Origin: Amoebidium appalachense
Lineage: Eukaryota > Protista > Ichthyosporea
Assembly: GCA_963693365.1 (NCBI GenBank)
Contig: CAVNZM010000012.1
Span: 6,522,889-6,586,888 of the forward strand
Direction of reading: 5' to 3'
DNA length: 64,000 bases
In this document: in pieces, positions 31,692-44,753 of the stretch
Layout: every line of letters begins with the position of its first letter
Numbering within the stretch: position 1 is the first letter of the stretch
Notes under the pieces: generated by a model
The model's input: the letters and a program-made list of their open reading frames with translations, nothing else
Told to the model about the DNA's origin: nothing
Database searches by the model: none
Program-made: the position numbers and the translations under genes

Positions 31692-32093
31692 CCTCCCCCC
31701 TTCCCCCCCCCCCCCCACCCCCTCCCCCAACACACACACACACCATCTTACACACAACACAGTATCATACGCATATGCTGTAGTACACACAAGAGTATAC
31801 ATCCACTAAGACAGCCTGTGTACACACACGAGAACACATGCATGCACGCACTTCCACACACACAACGCATATACACAACCACATGTATGTGGTGATCCGC
31901 AAACACACAAACACAACAACCATTGCACACATGCAGGTATGCGCGCGCGCACACACACACACACAAACACGCGCACAGAAGCGAAGCACGTGTTACACAC
32001 ACGTGCGCACACCCGGTGAAACTCATGCATGCACACACACATAAAGAGGAAACACGCTTGGATAAATTGCGCACACGCACATACACGCATGCG

Positions 32094-32168
<75 letters not shown>

Positions 32169-32556
32169 ACACACACACACATGCGCGCGCGCACACACAC
32201 ACACACCCAAGCACACGTGTATACCATTGGTCCGGAACCCGATTATGCCCCGATGGATATTCAATGTGTGCGAATAATAATTATTCCGGATACTCCAAAG
32301 TTTATAACCACAATATTTAATTGTGGCATTTCGGTCGTTATATGAACTGGCCGTACGCTCGTGTGTGTGTGGGTGTGTGTACGTATACGTGTGTGTGCTT
32401 GCAGTGTGTAGAGCACCAGACCCGCAAGCAGCATAAAATCCTGCAGCAGCACATGAACGAAAGCATTTAAAGACGTCGTGGTGTGTTTTTTCTTGTGTGT
32501 GTACGTGGTGATGGATGTGGCTGGGGCCCCAGTTTTTGGGGCGGGCGGGGCGGGGG

Positions 32557-32587
<31 letters not shown>

Positions 32588-32749
32588 ATGGGATTCACTG
32601 TAATGCATGATTGCATAAAATGTGTGTGCCACCGGAGGTATACTGTATTGACAGTGTATCCATGTGAATATAAAAATGCGCCTGGATTGTGTGTAAAAGT
32701 CCGCGCGGGTGTGTTGTTGTGCGTGCCCAGCACCAGACATACGCACCGG

Positions 32750-34939
32750 AACCACCACCCCCGTGTGTCACATCCATCGCTTTTGCAGACGACACAACGT
32801 GGATAGTGCAGGACCGGGAGAGCATCCAGCACACCCTGGACCTCTCGGCTTCCTGTACTACCACGACCTTGAACCTCTCCCAGAAAAGTTCTTCGTCTTG
32901 GCCAGGGGGACCCCAGTCGGGGCCACCACGGTACCCCTGCAGTTACTCACCAAGGTCCCCGGCCAGACCGCCATGCCCATCCAAATCGAACCCCCCCATG
33001 CCTTCATCCGAGTGCTGGGGGTTAACATCACCCTACAATGGGGAAACCACTCCAACGACGAAAAGGCCATGCAGGCCACCCTTCGGGCGACCACCATCCT
33101 GGCACGGAAACTGGTAGCCCCGAGCCAGGTGATCTACGTGGCCAACAGTGTGATTGCCCCTGCAGTACTTTTCCTGCTCAAAGGGGCAGTCCTACGACCA
33201 AGCATTCTGCAGCAGATCGACAGCAAGCGGAGGTCCCTACTCCGGCTGAAGGGGGGGTTCCACCGGAGCACCCCATCGGGGCTATTCCACCACCCCACCC
33301 TAGGGGGACTCACCAGCATCGTCGAAGTAGCAGCCACCACCATGGTCACGGAGCTGTTTGCCCTCCTTGAGACTCCCGGCGAGGCAGGAGAGGTAGTGAG
33401 GTACCGTGCTTGGCAACAACAGCAAGTCACCGGCCTACCCTATCCGATCCTCCAAGCCCCCCCGGCCAAGCTATACAGGCAAGGTGGCAACCAGCTGCAC
33501 AACTACTGGGCCACCATCACCACCATGCTCCACGACCGGCAGCTAAGCTTCAGCTGCAACCCCCTCCCCAGGGCCCCCCCACCCCCTTCACAGGCCGGTG
33601 CCCCCGGTGGAGGAGTACCGAAGGGGACCCAGGCTGACAACACCGATACTGCCGGCATGCCCAAGCCGTCCACCCCCCCTCCCCACTCCCAACAACACAG
33701 GGGGAGGGAGGACAGGGGGTAACAACGCATACCCCCATCAACACCATCTTCCCGGATCACACTTATGCTGCCCACAACAGCCCCCACACCCACCCCAGGA
33801 ACATCAACACGGTGGAGGAGACACTGGTCAAGCCCGGGGTCTTCCTAGCCTTCCCCGAGCTGCCACACCCCCACCGTGCCCCACCCGGGAGCAAAGCAGT
33901 GGTACAAGGCCATCACCCAGGCAGCCCAGCCCATATGCATAGCTGCCCACCTCAAACCACCGCATCGGCAGCCCACTCACCACCCCATCCCGTTTGTGGC
34001 CAACCACCCAGTCAACTCATTCGTGGTGGAAATCGTCGAGCACGACCACTACGAACTGAGCCTAGCTAGTGGTGGCCACTACCACCCACAACGGAGAGGC
34101 CTGTGCCAAAATCGCACACCTACGAGACAACACGGAGGAAGAAGGGGTAGCCTGGGGCAGGACCAAATGGAACAACCCGAACGGGCCGGCACATTTCCGT
34201 TTTTGTCCGGGGGAGTGCAAGTACGGGGACTCCCCGTGGAACCTAGCCCACACACCGACCATCCCCCATAGGCTTACTGACCCACCGGGGGATAGTGAGG
34301 ACAGCAACGAGTCCGAGGGGGCCGAGGGATCGGCACCCAATGAAGGGGACACCGACCCCGACGTGACTATGAGTGAGTCATCCAGTGAAGGCAGCTTCGA
34401 GTTCGAAGAGGCTGTGAGTGAGGCACCCAATGAGGATAGCCACGACTCCGAGGAGGGAGAGAGTGGGTCAGCCAGCGAGGTCAGCACTGACCCAGAGGAG
34501 GATGAGAGTGAGTCACCCAGTGGGGGCAGCATCGACTCAGAGGATGAGGAGAGTGGGGCACCTAGTGAGGGCAGCAACGAGAGCACCTCCGAGGCCCCAG
34601 ACCCCCCAACAGACACCACCACCCAAGGTTACCGGTGTGTGGGATGGACCCGTGCAGTAGAAGTATTCCAGGCAGACCCTTTTATAGCCCGCACCGCCGT
34701 TATCACCACCCACCGGGTAGCAACCAAGGACAGCAAGGGCCACATCACCGAGGAACGGATTCCCATCCACCAGGTGGTGGCCCTGGAAGACGGGGCAGAC
34801 CCGGCCGACCAATGGAGGGAGATTCACCACTTCACTGAGGCCGGGCAACCTGCCCCCGGAGCAGCAGGCCACCCAGCAGATGCTGCACCTCCGTGCAAAC
34901 CAGCAGGCAACACCCCTACCGGCCGACCCCCCGCAGCAA
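32750..34939 (+). mobile_element. Degenerate non-LTR (LINE) retrotransposon fragment, 5'-truncated within RT
   Basis: SIAFADDTTW (32773-32802) is the RT YADD-type motif. After a frameshift: IRVLGV, YVANSVIAPAVLF, GGFHRSTPSGLFHHPTLGGL (thumb/connection). GC-rich, no microsatellites, several frameshifts. Confidence 0.8.
34330..34600 (+). repeat. About six degenerate 45-bp in-frame repeats encoding an acidic Ser/Glu/Asp region in the LINE fragment
   Basis: SAPNEGDTDPDVTMS / ESSSEGSFEFEEAVS / EAPNEDSHDSEEGES / GSASEVSTDPEEDES / ESPSGGSIDSEDEES / GAPSEGSNESTSEAP. Confidence 0.65.
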
Positions 34940-35415
34940 CCCCCCCCCCCCCCCCCCCCCCTTGGTTTGAATGCGCCATATATAAGATGTACAAGCAGAC
35001 TTACGATGGTGTGGTGTTTTTTTTTTTTGTTTTTTTTTGGGGGGGGGGGGGGGGGGGGGGGGCTACGCAATATATCACCACGTTTGGTTTTACGATGTTT
35101 TTTATTATTTTATTTGCTTGAGATCAATTACATGCCAGGGAACGTTTGCCCATGTGTGTAGGTCATAACCCATCCATTCTTATTCATTTGTCATCACATG
35201 CATACTACTAGCTTCTAGTCTTCCATCATCCTATGTAGAGAGTTCCACACACATCTGTGCATGATTTCTAACGAATACCATGCCACTGGAAAGCACATGG
35301 GGCCAATCATCAACAGACTTTTAAAAAGAACTTTGATATCTTGTTACATCAGTGACATGCAAAATATGACCTATGAAAGGAAAAATCATCAAGGAGTGGG
35401 AAAATGGAAGACTGG

Positions 35416-35457
<42 letters not shown>

Positions 35458-35771
35458 GCACGTGTGCAAATGCATGTGTTGTGTGATGCATCAGGCACCA
35501 ACAAATCCTAAAGTTGACCCATGCAATCGCGAATTTTGCTAAAAATCGAAAACCTTTTCAAACATACAGAAATTGCAACCCATATCAAGTAATACATCGT
35601 GCAGGGGGGGTAGGGGTTATAAACCAATCAGAAAATCACCTACGACACAACACATTCATGGAGCGCTGAAAAGCACACTACGTTTTGAGACCAGATGTAT
35701 ACCCCCCACCCCCCTTACACGCACGTTTTATATAAGTACATGTTTTATGTTTTTCTCTTTTCTTTTTTTTT

Positions 35772-35864
35772 TTACGTCGATTCGCTGCCACTAAGATCGA
35801 GACCTGAAGAGCTGTCGCTATCCGATGAGCTGTCACTGCTGCTGCTGTGGGGGGACAGGCACGT

Positions 35865-35933
<69 letters not shown>

Positions 35934-36729
35934 AGGGGGAGGGAGGGATCAGTAAAAGCCTTTGCAGAAATACTCGTTCTCTAAAAATGTACGAGAAACA
36001 CAAGAGAGACGACAGGGAATTTGAGGTAGAACCCCCTCCCCCCCCTCACACAAAAACACACCCATCCACACACCCAAAAAGAAAAAATGAACGAAAAAAA
36101 AAAAAAAAAAGGGAGAAAAGGGGCACAGCAGAAACCGACTGTTACCCCTTCATCACGATGGCTTGGACACATGAATCTTATGTCAAGTGAGAAAACCAGG
36201 TGACGGGCTGGTTGCAATCGGGGGTGTGACAATCAGACAGCAAATACTCTGAGAGCACACACTACAGGTATTACTAGTTTGTGCAACCATCCCCTCACAA
36301 GGATACAAAGAATATGCACTGGAAGCACCAACTAAATTTGGTGGTGCGCACAACCAGACAGAAGAAGACACCCACACCCACACCCACACGGAGTACACAC
36401 CATGCACCACAAGTACTCATTGCACCCACAGTATGTAACCATCATTCACACAGCATATACACGCACCTTGAACTGCTAGAGCTGCTATCACTCGGACTCC
36501 TGCCCCTCCTCTGCCTCTGTGCCTCCGCAACAAGGTCCGCCATGCCGTCCTTGGCCACCCCACTCCCTCCCTTGGCCCCCTCCCCCTTGCCCTTGCCTTG
36601 TGCCCGTGGCTTCTTCCCTGGCTCCGTCACTTCCTTCACGTAGCTGCAGGGATGGGAGGGGTGGGTGGAGTGGGTGGTGAGCATAAGGGAAAGATAAGGC
36701 ATGAACACAGAAGTTTGGGTTGGGGTGCA

Positions 36730-36799
<70 letters not shown>

Positions 36800-37261
36800 G
36801 AAGGTGGAACACGGTACGAAGTACGCATACACGACGAGAAGCATGGTGCAGGACACATGCAAAGGCAAACATTCAAGTATGCAACATCACCCATGTGCAC
36901 AGTATGCGTGTTAAGCAGAGCACGTCCTCAGGGAGGACCCAAGTCATCAATTGCGTCTGAGTTTCGACCCCTTAGCCCGCGTATATACGACGCTCCAACT
37001 CAGACAGCAGCATCAACTGAACTTGGGCAGGTCAACCCGTCTTGATCAAAGACGAGCAGGGTTGCTTATGCAAGCAAGATGAGCAAAACGGTGAAGGTGT
37101 GTGTGCAAACTAATGCAGTGCAGCGAAAAATGCGAATGGGGGGAAGGGGGGTTTGCACTCGTAGGCATGTGTGTATGTGTTCGAGAGTTTTCGTGGAGCT
37201 TGTAGGGGGCTTGTGTGTTTGTGTGTGAGGGTGCGAACACGTGCGTTTGGTTGGGGAACCA

Positions 37262-37293
<32 letters not shown>

Positions 37294-37753
37294 GGGGGGG
37301 GGGATGCATACTTGTCTAGCATTCTGAGGGTCAGAGGGTCGAGAGAGTCGATGTCTATTTCAAGCTCCTCGGCAGGACAGTGCTTGAGGGGGGGTATGCG
37401 CTCCTGGATGATGTTGACTAGTGCTGGTATCTTGTCCGCTGTGTGTGTGTGTGTGTGTGTGTGTACGTGTGTGTGTGTGGTGGAGAAGGGAGACGCGGTT
37501 AGAACGCCGAAGATGGTAAAAGGTCATCTTGAACATCTCGCAAAGGATGGAACATCAGGACAAACACGAGTATACAACCCTTCAGTAAGGGGTTTAAGTT
37601 TTCCGGGGATGGATTTTTTGACGTGCTCAAATACCACCAGACAAACAAAAACAATGAAGCCGTGGGTGGCAACGACCTAATATTAGCCTTCACCAGTCCG
37701 CTCATTCAAGGTCACACGGTGGCGTGTTTTTGCCACCGTTAGTCGCATCTTTT

Positions 37754-37794
<41 letters not shown>

Positions 37795-38896
37795 TCTTGC
37801 TCGAGCATGGTAAATTCCAAAGAAACAACGTCTATAGGCGCACGCTAAAACAGACAACGAGTCACTGGTTCCAAAATGTGCACATGTGTACACGTGCAAG
37901 TCCGAGTGTGAGCTTGAGCGCGAGCGTGAGTGCGAGTGAGTGAGCTAGATTTTATTTTATTTCATTTGCGTTTTGTGTTTGTTTGTGTGTGCGCGCGCGC
38001 GTGTGTGTTGCGGTGGTGATGGTGGGATCTCTAGTAACACTCACGTGCAAGGCGGTTGATAGCACAGCTCAGCCTCCTCTTCTCCTCGAAGCTCATTGGG
38101 CGGGGATCCATGACCCTGTCCTTTGTCTTCTTGGTACGAGGGGCAGTGGCCATGCTGTGGTCTTCAGTCATGTGCTCGGATGCCTCGTGCTTGTGCTTCT
38201 TCTTCTTCGACCCCTGAAAGAAAAGAAAGAAATACATTAGATGAGGTTATTTGGCGTTGACACCCCCCCCCCCCCCCCCCCCCCCAATAGACATGAACCA
38301 TGATCGGAACCTTTGCTAGAAACCCCCTGAGCAGAATATTAGATATGATACAATAGCGTTGAACCCCATCCCCCCTCTTCCCTGTAATGGGAAACTACAC
38401 CAAAGACCCCCTCCCTGTGTAAATAGGCACAGAGCCCACCTTCCCTAGACATGAATCATATTCATATTACACCCTCCTCCACTCTTCCCCCCCCCCCCCC
38501 CATCCCCCTACACACACACACACACACAAGTGCGCACACACGCACGTAAATTGACAGACCCCCCCTCCCCCCGTTCCAGACATCAACCATGACAGTAATC
38601 TAAATAGAGCAACCCCGCTATGTACAGTCACACAGCTCCCTCTTTCCTCATCATGCACCACGATCGGAAATCTCGCTAAAAATATCTCCCCCCCCCCCCC
38701 CCCCAAAAAAAAAAAAAAAAAAGCTGCACACACGGACACGGAGACACACCAAAAGCCTGTCAACCACCCTCCCACCTTCCCCTCACCCGTTTCCCAACCC
38801 CACGCAAGCAACAAATGCACGGCAGTGTGTGTGTGTCTGTTCGCGTGCAGACAAGTGTGTTTTTACGTATGCACGTGCATGTGTGTGAATTTGTGC

Positions 38897-38927
<31 letters not shown>

Positions 38928-39215
38928 CACACACATACACACCCTTGACAGCTTCTTCTTCCTCTTCTGCGGTAGCCCACTCGTCACCGAACTCGTCGAC
39001 ATTGTCCTCTGCTTTGTGACCTTCTGGCTGCCCGTAGACTGCCTCCGTTCCAGTGATGGTTTCCTCTCCACCGTTGAGCCACGCCTGTCCAGAGGTGTAC
39101 CAGGGAGGAGTGAGCCCGTGCCTGATACGGTCGGTCTTCTCTCTTTGCCTTTTGCTACCGTGCTGACTCGCCGACTGGGGGAAAATTGATGTTGTTAGAC
39201 TACATCGTTCTCAGC

Positions 39216-39250
<35 letters not shown>

Positions 39251-40123
39251 ACACCCTCATAACCCCAACACACACGACAAACATCAAAGGTTTACACGAA
39301 TATAAAAGGTTACACACACACACACACACACACATGTTTCACGCATACACAGACAGATACAGGCGAGAAATGCATTCGCGCACGCATGCGCACACAGGAG
39401 AGGGCAAAGGCCGTAGAAGCAACACAGCAATTAATACCCAGCACACGTTCCCAAACACGGTTACATAAACATGCAGGCTGAACGTGAAAAGATGCCCAAA
39501 CACGCACACAAACACACAATCCCCCCCCCCCCCCCATTCACTCACACAGAGGAAGCACATGCACACACATTGACACACACAAAAAACACCCACCCACCCA
39601 CCCACCTGGCCGGTTTTGACGACTTGCTCAGCTCAGCAATACTGCCCTGCAGCATCTGCACCATCACCTGAAGCTCCTCAAGTTTGTGCTTCCGCGCTAC
39701 AGCCTCGGGATCCTCCTATGTGATTGGAAAAAGGGAAGTTTGGTGAGCATTTAGGCTGATATAAACGAAAGAAAACGGCAGGTGATTGTTATGGTACAAG
39801 ACAAAAGCGAGGAGCTTGTATGCCGATACAAGACAAGAAAGGACATGTTTTAGTGTTGATACAAGACAAGAAATAATGGGGAAAAAAGAAACATGAAAGC
39901 ATTCGGGATTGAAATAAAAACTCCAGTAAATTCTCATACTGACACGAGAAAAGAAGCAACACGGCGTCCATACTAAAGGCTGCACGTAGCCAGAGCCTAT
40001 TTCAACGACACCCTAGGCCAACAGAATTGGATATTGCAGATCTGTACGGCCATTGATTTGCCGATCAAAACTGTAGATAAAAATATACAGCGCAGGAACC
40101 ACACACACACCAACACCCTCTCG

Positions 40124-40167
<44 letters not shown>

Positions 40168-41415
40168 GCACCCCAGCCTTCAGCTCAAAATATACACCAT
40201 GCAAGAGTACACAAACCCACACCCCAAACCTACCCCCCCCCCCCCTCCACCAACAACACAGCCAACTAGCCCCCCCCCCCCCCCCCCCCCCAACTAAAAA
40301 CACAAACCTCCATCCCAACCATCCCCCCCCCCCCCCCCCCCCCCCAAAACCCACCCACACACCTTATCGTTTTCCAGCTCATCATCCGTCACCCACTCCT
40401 CCACCCAACGATCAACCAACCCCCCCCCCCCCCAAAAAAAAAACAAAAAAAACACACACACACACACACACAAAAAGAACATTCTCCACCACAACCTCCC
40501 CACCGTCACCTTCTCACACATTAGCCCCCCCAAAAACCCATCCACTCACTCCGACCCTTAACCCCCCCCCCCCCCCACACACACACCTTCCCAAAATATA
40601 AATAATAATAAACCCACACACCTCCTCATCATTATCCAGCTCATCATCCGCATCCGTCACCCCCTCCTCCTCCTCCTCCTCCTCGTTAACTTCATCCTGA
40701 CTATCTTCATCCTCTTCCTCTTCATCATCTTCGTCCGGGAGGAGGGCAAATTTCGTTTCAAACACATTGTGGAGCTCCCGGCCGGCCTCGAAGACTTCGG
40801 TGCCGGCGGGGTTGTATCGGTAGCAGTTGGTGAATATGAGACGCATGTCCTCGGCATATTCATTGGCCTGTTGTTGTTGGGGGGGGGGGGGGGGGGGGGG
40901 GGGTATATGGAAAAAGAGGGGGTTAGGCTACAGTGCTTCCATTGGCTTTCTGAACCAATCAGCTTTTTGCAGTCGTTGGAATGGCCGGCAATGGGAAATC
41001 TATACTGTAAATTCGTTTGCTTTGCTCAGCAATTAACGGTTTTAGAGTCAAACCGGCAGCCAAACGCATCTCAAAGACCTGCCTTGCGCCGATTCGTTCA
41101 GAAAGTCAGTGGAAGCATTGTAAGCTATCGTAAAAAAACCAAAAAAACGGCATGATTGATGAAGATACGGAATATTGGGACATGGTAATGGAAGGCCCAA
41201 GTGCGAAAATGTTGGATGGGGTCTCTCCGACATTTATACTTTGTGGTCACGCCGACACACACGCGCGCAGTGTTTTTGTGTGTTGAATGATCCTAATCGG
41301 ATGGAAGCTATATGAGCCTTCAATATGCAACTGGGAGGGTGTGTGTCTGTGTGTGGCCTCTCACGTGCACACACAAGTGGGTTTACCATAATTACATCTT
41401 TGCTGCTGTTTAGTT

Positions 41416-41450
<35 letters not shown>

Positions 41451-41750
41451 ACAACGAAAAAAGGCGAATACACTTCCAACAACCTACCCCACACACCTGC
41501 GCGAGCATACACTTGTACGTTAACGGTTATTTCGAATTTAGATAGTAGACATAGAATATACAAGCTGTTGGCTCCCCGGCCTTCCTCCCCACAACCCCCC
41601 TTCCTCCCTCCCCCCCCCCCCCCCACATACAAACTCCCCCTCCCCCTCCCCCCCCCCACATACAAACTCCCTCCTCCCCCCCCCCACATACAAACTCCCT
41701 CCCCTCCCCCCCCCCCCCCAAAAAAAAACCACACATCCACACCCATGACC

Positions 41751-41781
<31 letters not shown>

Positions 41782-42246
41782 AAGAAAAAAAAATGCATAG
41801 CTGAACGTACCGTTCGATAGGCACCCCCCTCCAACTTCTTTCTCACAGTGGAGAGATCCATCGGTTTCTGGATGATCGTAAAGTAGTCGGGTAGACCGAG
41901 AGCAACGGGGTCGACAGGTTGGTAGAACGGCCAAGCATATTTTGCGTGTTTTTTGGCGTAAAACTCCTTGACCAAGTTGAGGCAGAATTTCAGTTGCGGG
42001 CCGAGCTTGACCTTCTTGCTTGGCTCGAAGGTGAGGTGCTCGGGTTTGATGCTTTTCTGTGGGAGGGAAGAGAGGGGTTTAGGGTGTGGGGCATACAAAA
42101 TAAAAACACTCGTGACGGACAACACCCACCAAAATTTAAAAAAAGCACACACAGAGAGATTGAAATCATAAGCAGCCGAGTCCTCCATATTGACCCAGCC
42201 CAAACCCACTTGCGCCCCATTGTGTGCATGCGTGTGTGTGGTGTGT

Positions 42247-42282
<36 letters not shown>

Positions 42283-42689
42283 TGAATTGAAAAGGTTATG
42301 CTGTTACACAGAAGGATGGTGGAGGCAAGCTGGCCGATTTTTTTTGTGTGCTTGTGAGTGTGTTTTGCCCCCGGGGGGGGGGGGGGGGGGGGGGGGGGGA
42401 TCCAGTACACAGACTGGAATTCACACAACACCATTGGTAATGCAGGGGTGCAAAACGGGATACCAACAGAACACGCAGCAGTGCGGTACAGATCACAAAC
42501 CGACGAAAACAAATGGAAAATGCCTCTCTGTGTGTCCATATCACGTAATGGTAAACCGGGACTCTGTGTGCCCATATCACGTAATGTTATGTAAAACGGG
42601 AGAGAGAAAGGGGGGGGGGGGGGGGGGGGGGGGGGAGGGAAGAAGAGAGTATGTGTATAGGTGTGTGTGTGTGTGTGTGTCGGGGGAAT

Positions 42690-42720
<31 letters not shown>

Positions 42721-43007
42721 TGTACCCTTCTTGGTTTCTTGCCATCCTCAGTGTCCACTGCCGTGCCGTTGGTTGTGCCGTCTGCATGATTGAGAGTAAT
42801 GCCCCCTACAATCGGTTCTGTAGAAAACATGGGATAATGTTACCAAGGAACACGATAACAAGAAAAGAAAAAGAGAACAGAGCGGAAAAAAAGGACACCG
42901 ACAAACATGTCTGGTGAACAATGAGAGAAAGTAATGAAAATGACTGGTGTGTGCATCTGCGTGAGTGTTGGGAGGTGAATAGGAAAAGAACAGAAGCCCT
43001 GAAATCC

Positions 43008-43047
<40 letters not shown>

Positions 43048-44434
43048 AGAACAAACGAAAACGAGAATCTGGTGAAGAGAAAGGAATGAGCAACCACGAA
43101 TGAAGTAGCAAGGGACGAAAATTTGTAGCGCACACACACATACCACCCACCTGACTTTGGCCGTCCACCCTTCTTTGAAGGGCTCGCCGTCTTAGTCAGC
43201 ACAATCGTTCCAGCTTTCTTCCCCTCGGTCTTCTTCCCTTTTGTTCCAGTTACGCTAACCTTGCTTGCTCTTCGGTCGGGTGTGACGCCGGAAATTTCAA
43301 AGTCTTTGGGTAGGTCGATGGGGCCATGTCCGTCCTTGGGGATGTTTGCTGCAAGCTTGCGGTACGCCCTTTCGACTGAATCGCACATGAGAACAATGTC
43401 GGAGCCGGGTTTGTTGTAGAGGCGACAGTTGCCAAAGACCAGCTGTGTACGAGTACGTGTGTGTATTAGTGTGTAGGTTTGTACATGTGTATGTATGAAG
43501 GTCCATGTATACGTGTGTGTGTGTGTGTGTGTGTGTGTGTTTAGAAGAAGGCAAGGGCCTTTTGTGTTCATGCGGGTAGATGCACTTCCGAGTAAACAAG
43601 CACGAAGCAGGTGTGGGATAAAGGGCATGAATGGTGGCGGTGGTTATGGTGGGTAGGTCTGTGTGTGCATGTGCGTGTGTCTGTGTGTGTGTGTTTTTTT
43701 TTGGGGGGGGGGGGGAGAGAGGGGGGGGGTTTGGATCAACAACCAAACCTTCCAACAACACAGTAACCAGTTTTTCCCAGCCAAATTCGTCCCTAGTACT
43801 GCTGTCTCCCTGCGGCTTCTCTGATATGCTTCTGGATTTTCGACACTCTTTGATAAAGCAGGGACCACCCTACCCTCCCCTTCCCATGCACCCACACACC
43901 AACACGCACAGGAGCGCGCACAACCTTAAGGAGACAGAGATGGGAAGATAATAACAATAATTAAGTTACCAATATCCCCCCCCCCCCCCCTCCTCTTCCC
44001 CTCCCCCCCCCCCCACACCCACCCACCCACCCCCTCCCAACCCAATCCTCCAACAAGCACACCACCACCGCCGTAAAAAGAAACCCGGATCTCACAAAGA
44101 TCGAGCAGCTTAGGAGAAACAGCGAAATCCATCAGTCAACAGCACAACCAATCAAATAAACAACATAAACAAACAAACAAAATAAAAGGGAAGAGAGAGT
44201 AAAAGAATAACATACATCAATATCGCGCAGGCATTCATCCGTAGTCTGGTACTCTAGGCGAGCCAGCTTTGCCTTGACCGTGCCCAGGTCCATGGGGTGT
44301 TTGACAATGTCGTGGTAGTCCGGTAGGTTGAGTGCTACGGGGTCAACGGGTTTCTGGAATGGCCACGCATCCGGCATCTTGAGCAACGTCTGTGTGGTTT
44401 AAATGGGGAAAGAGGGGGAGGGAGGAAGGGGAAT

Positions 44435-44468
<34 letters not shown>

Positions 44469-44708
44469 TGGAGGGAGGGAGGGAGGGAGGGGGGAGGGGG
44501 GGGGGGGGGGGGGAGGGGGTGGGGAATGTTTGTATGAGTGAGAGGGAATAATTGGGAGGGATGGATGGATGGATGGAAGGGAAAAAGGGGGATGGGGGCT
44601 GTTTGTGTGATTGAGAAGGAATGATTGGAAGGGAGGGATGGAGGGACGGGAAAAAAAGGGGGGGGGGGGTAGTGATGGTATGGCAACCCCACAACCAGTT
44701 ATTGTTTC

Positions 44709-44753
<45 letters not shown>

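Noticed and set aside
41620-42600. Small intronic tandem duplications (CACATACAAACTCCC x3; a 36-bp pair at about 42526)
   Set aside because: Ordinary local slippage with no further structure.
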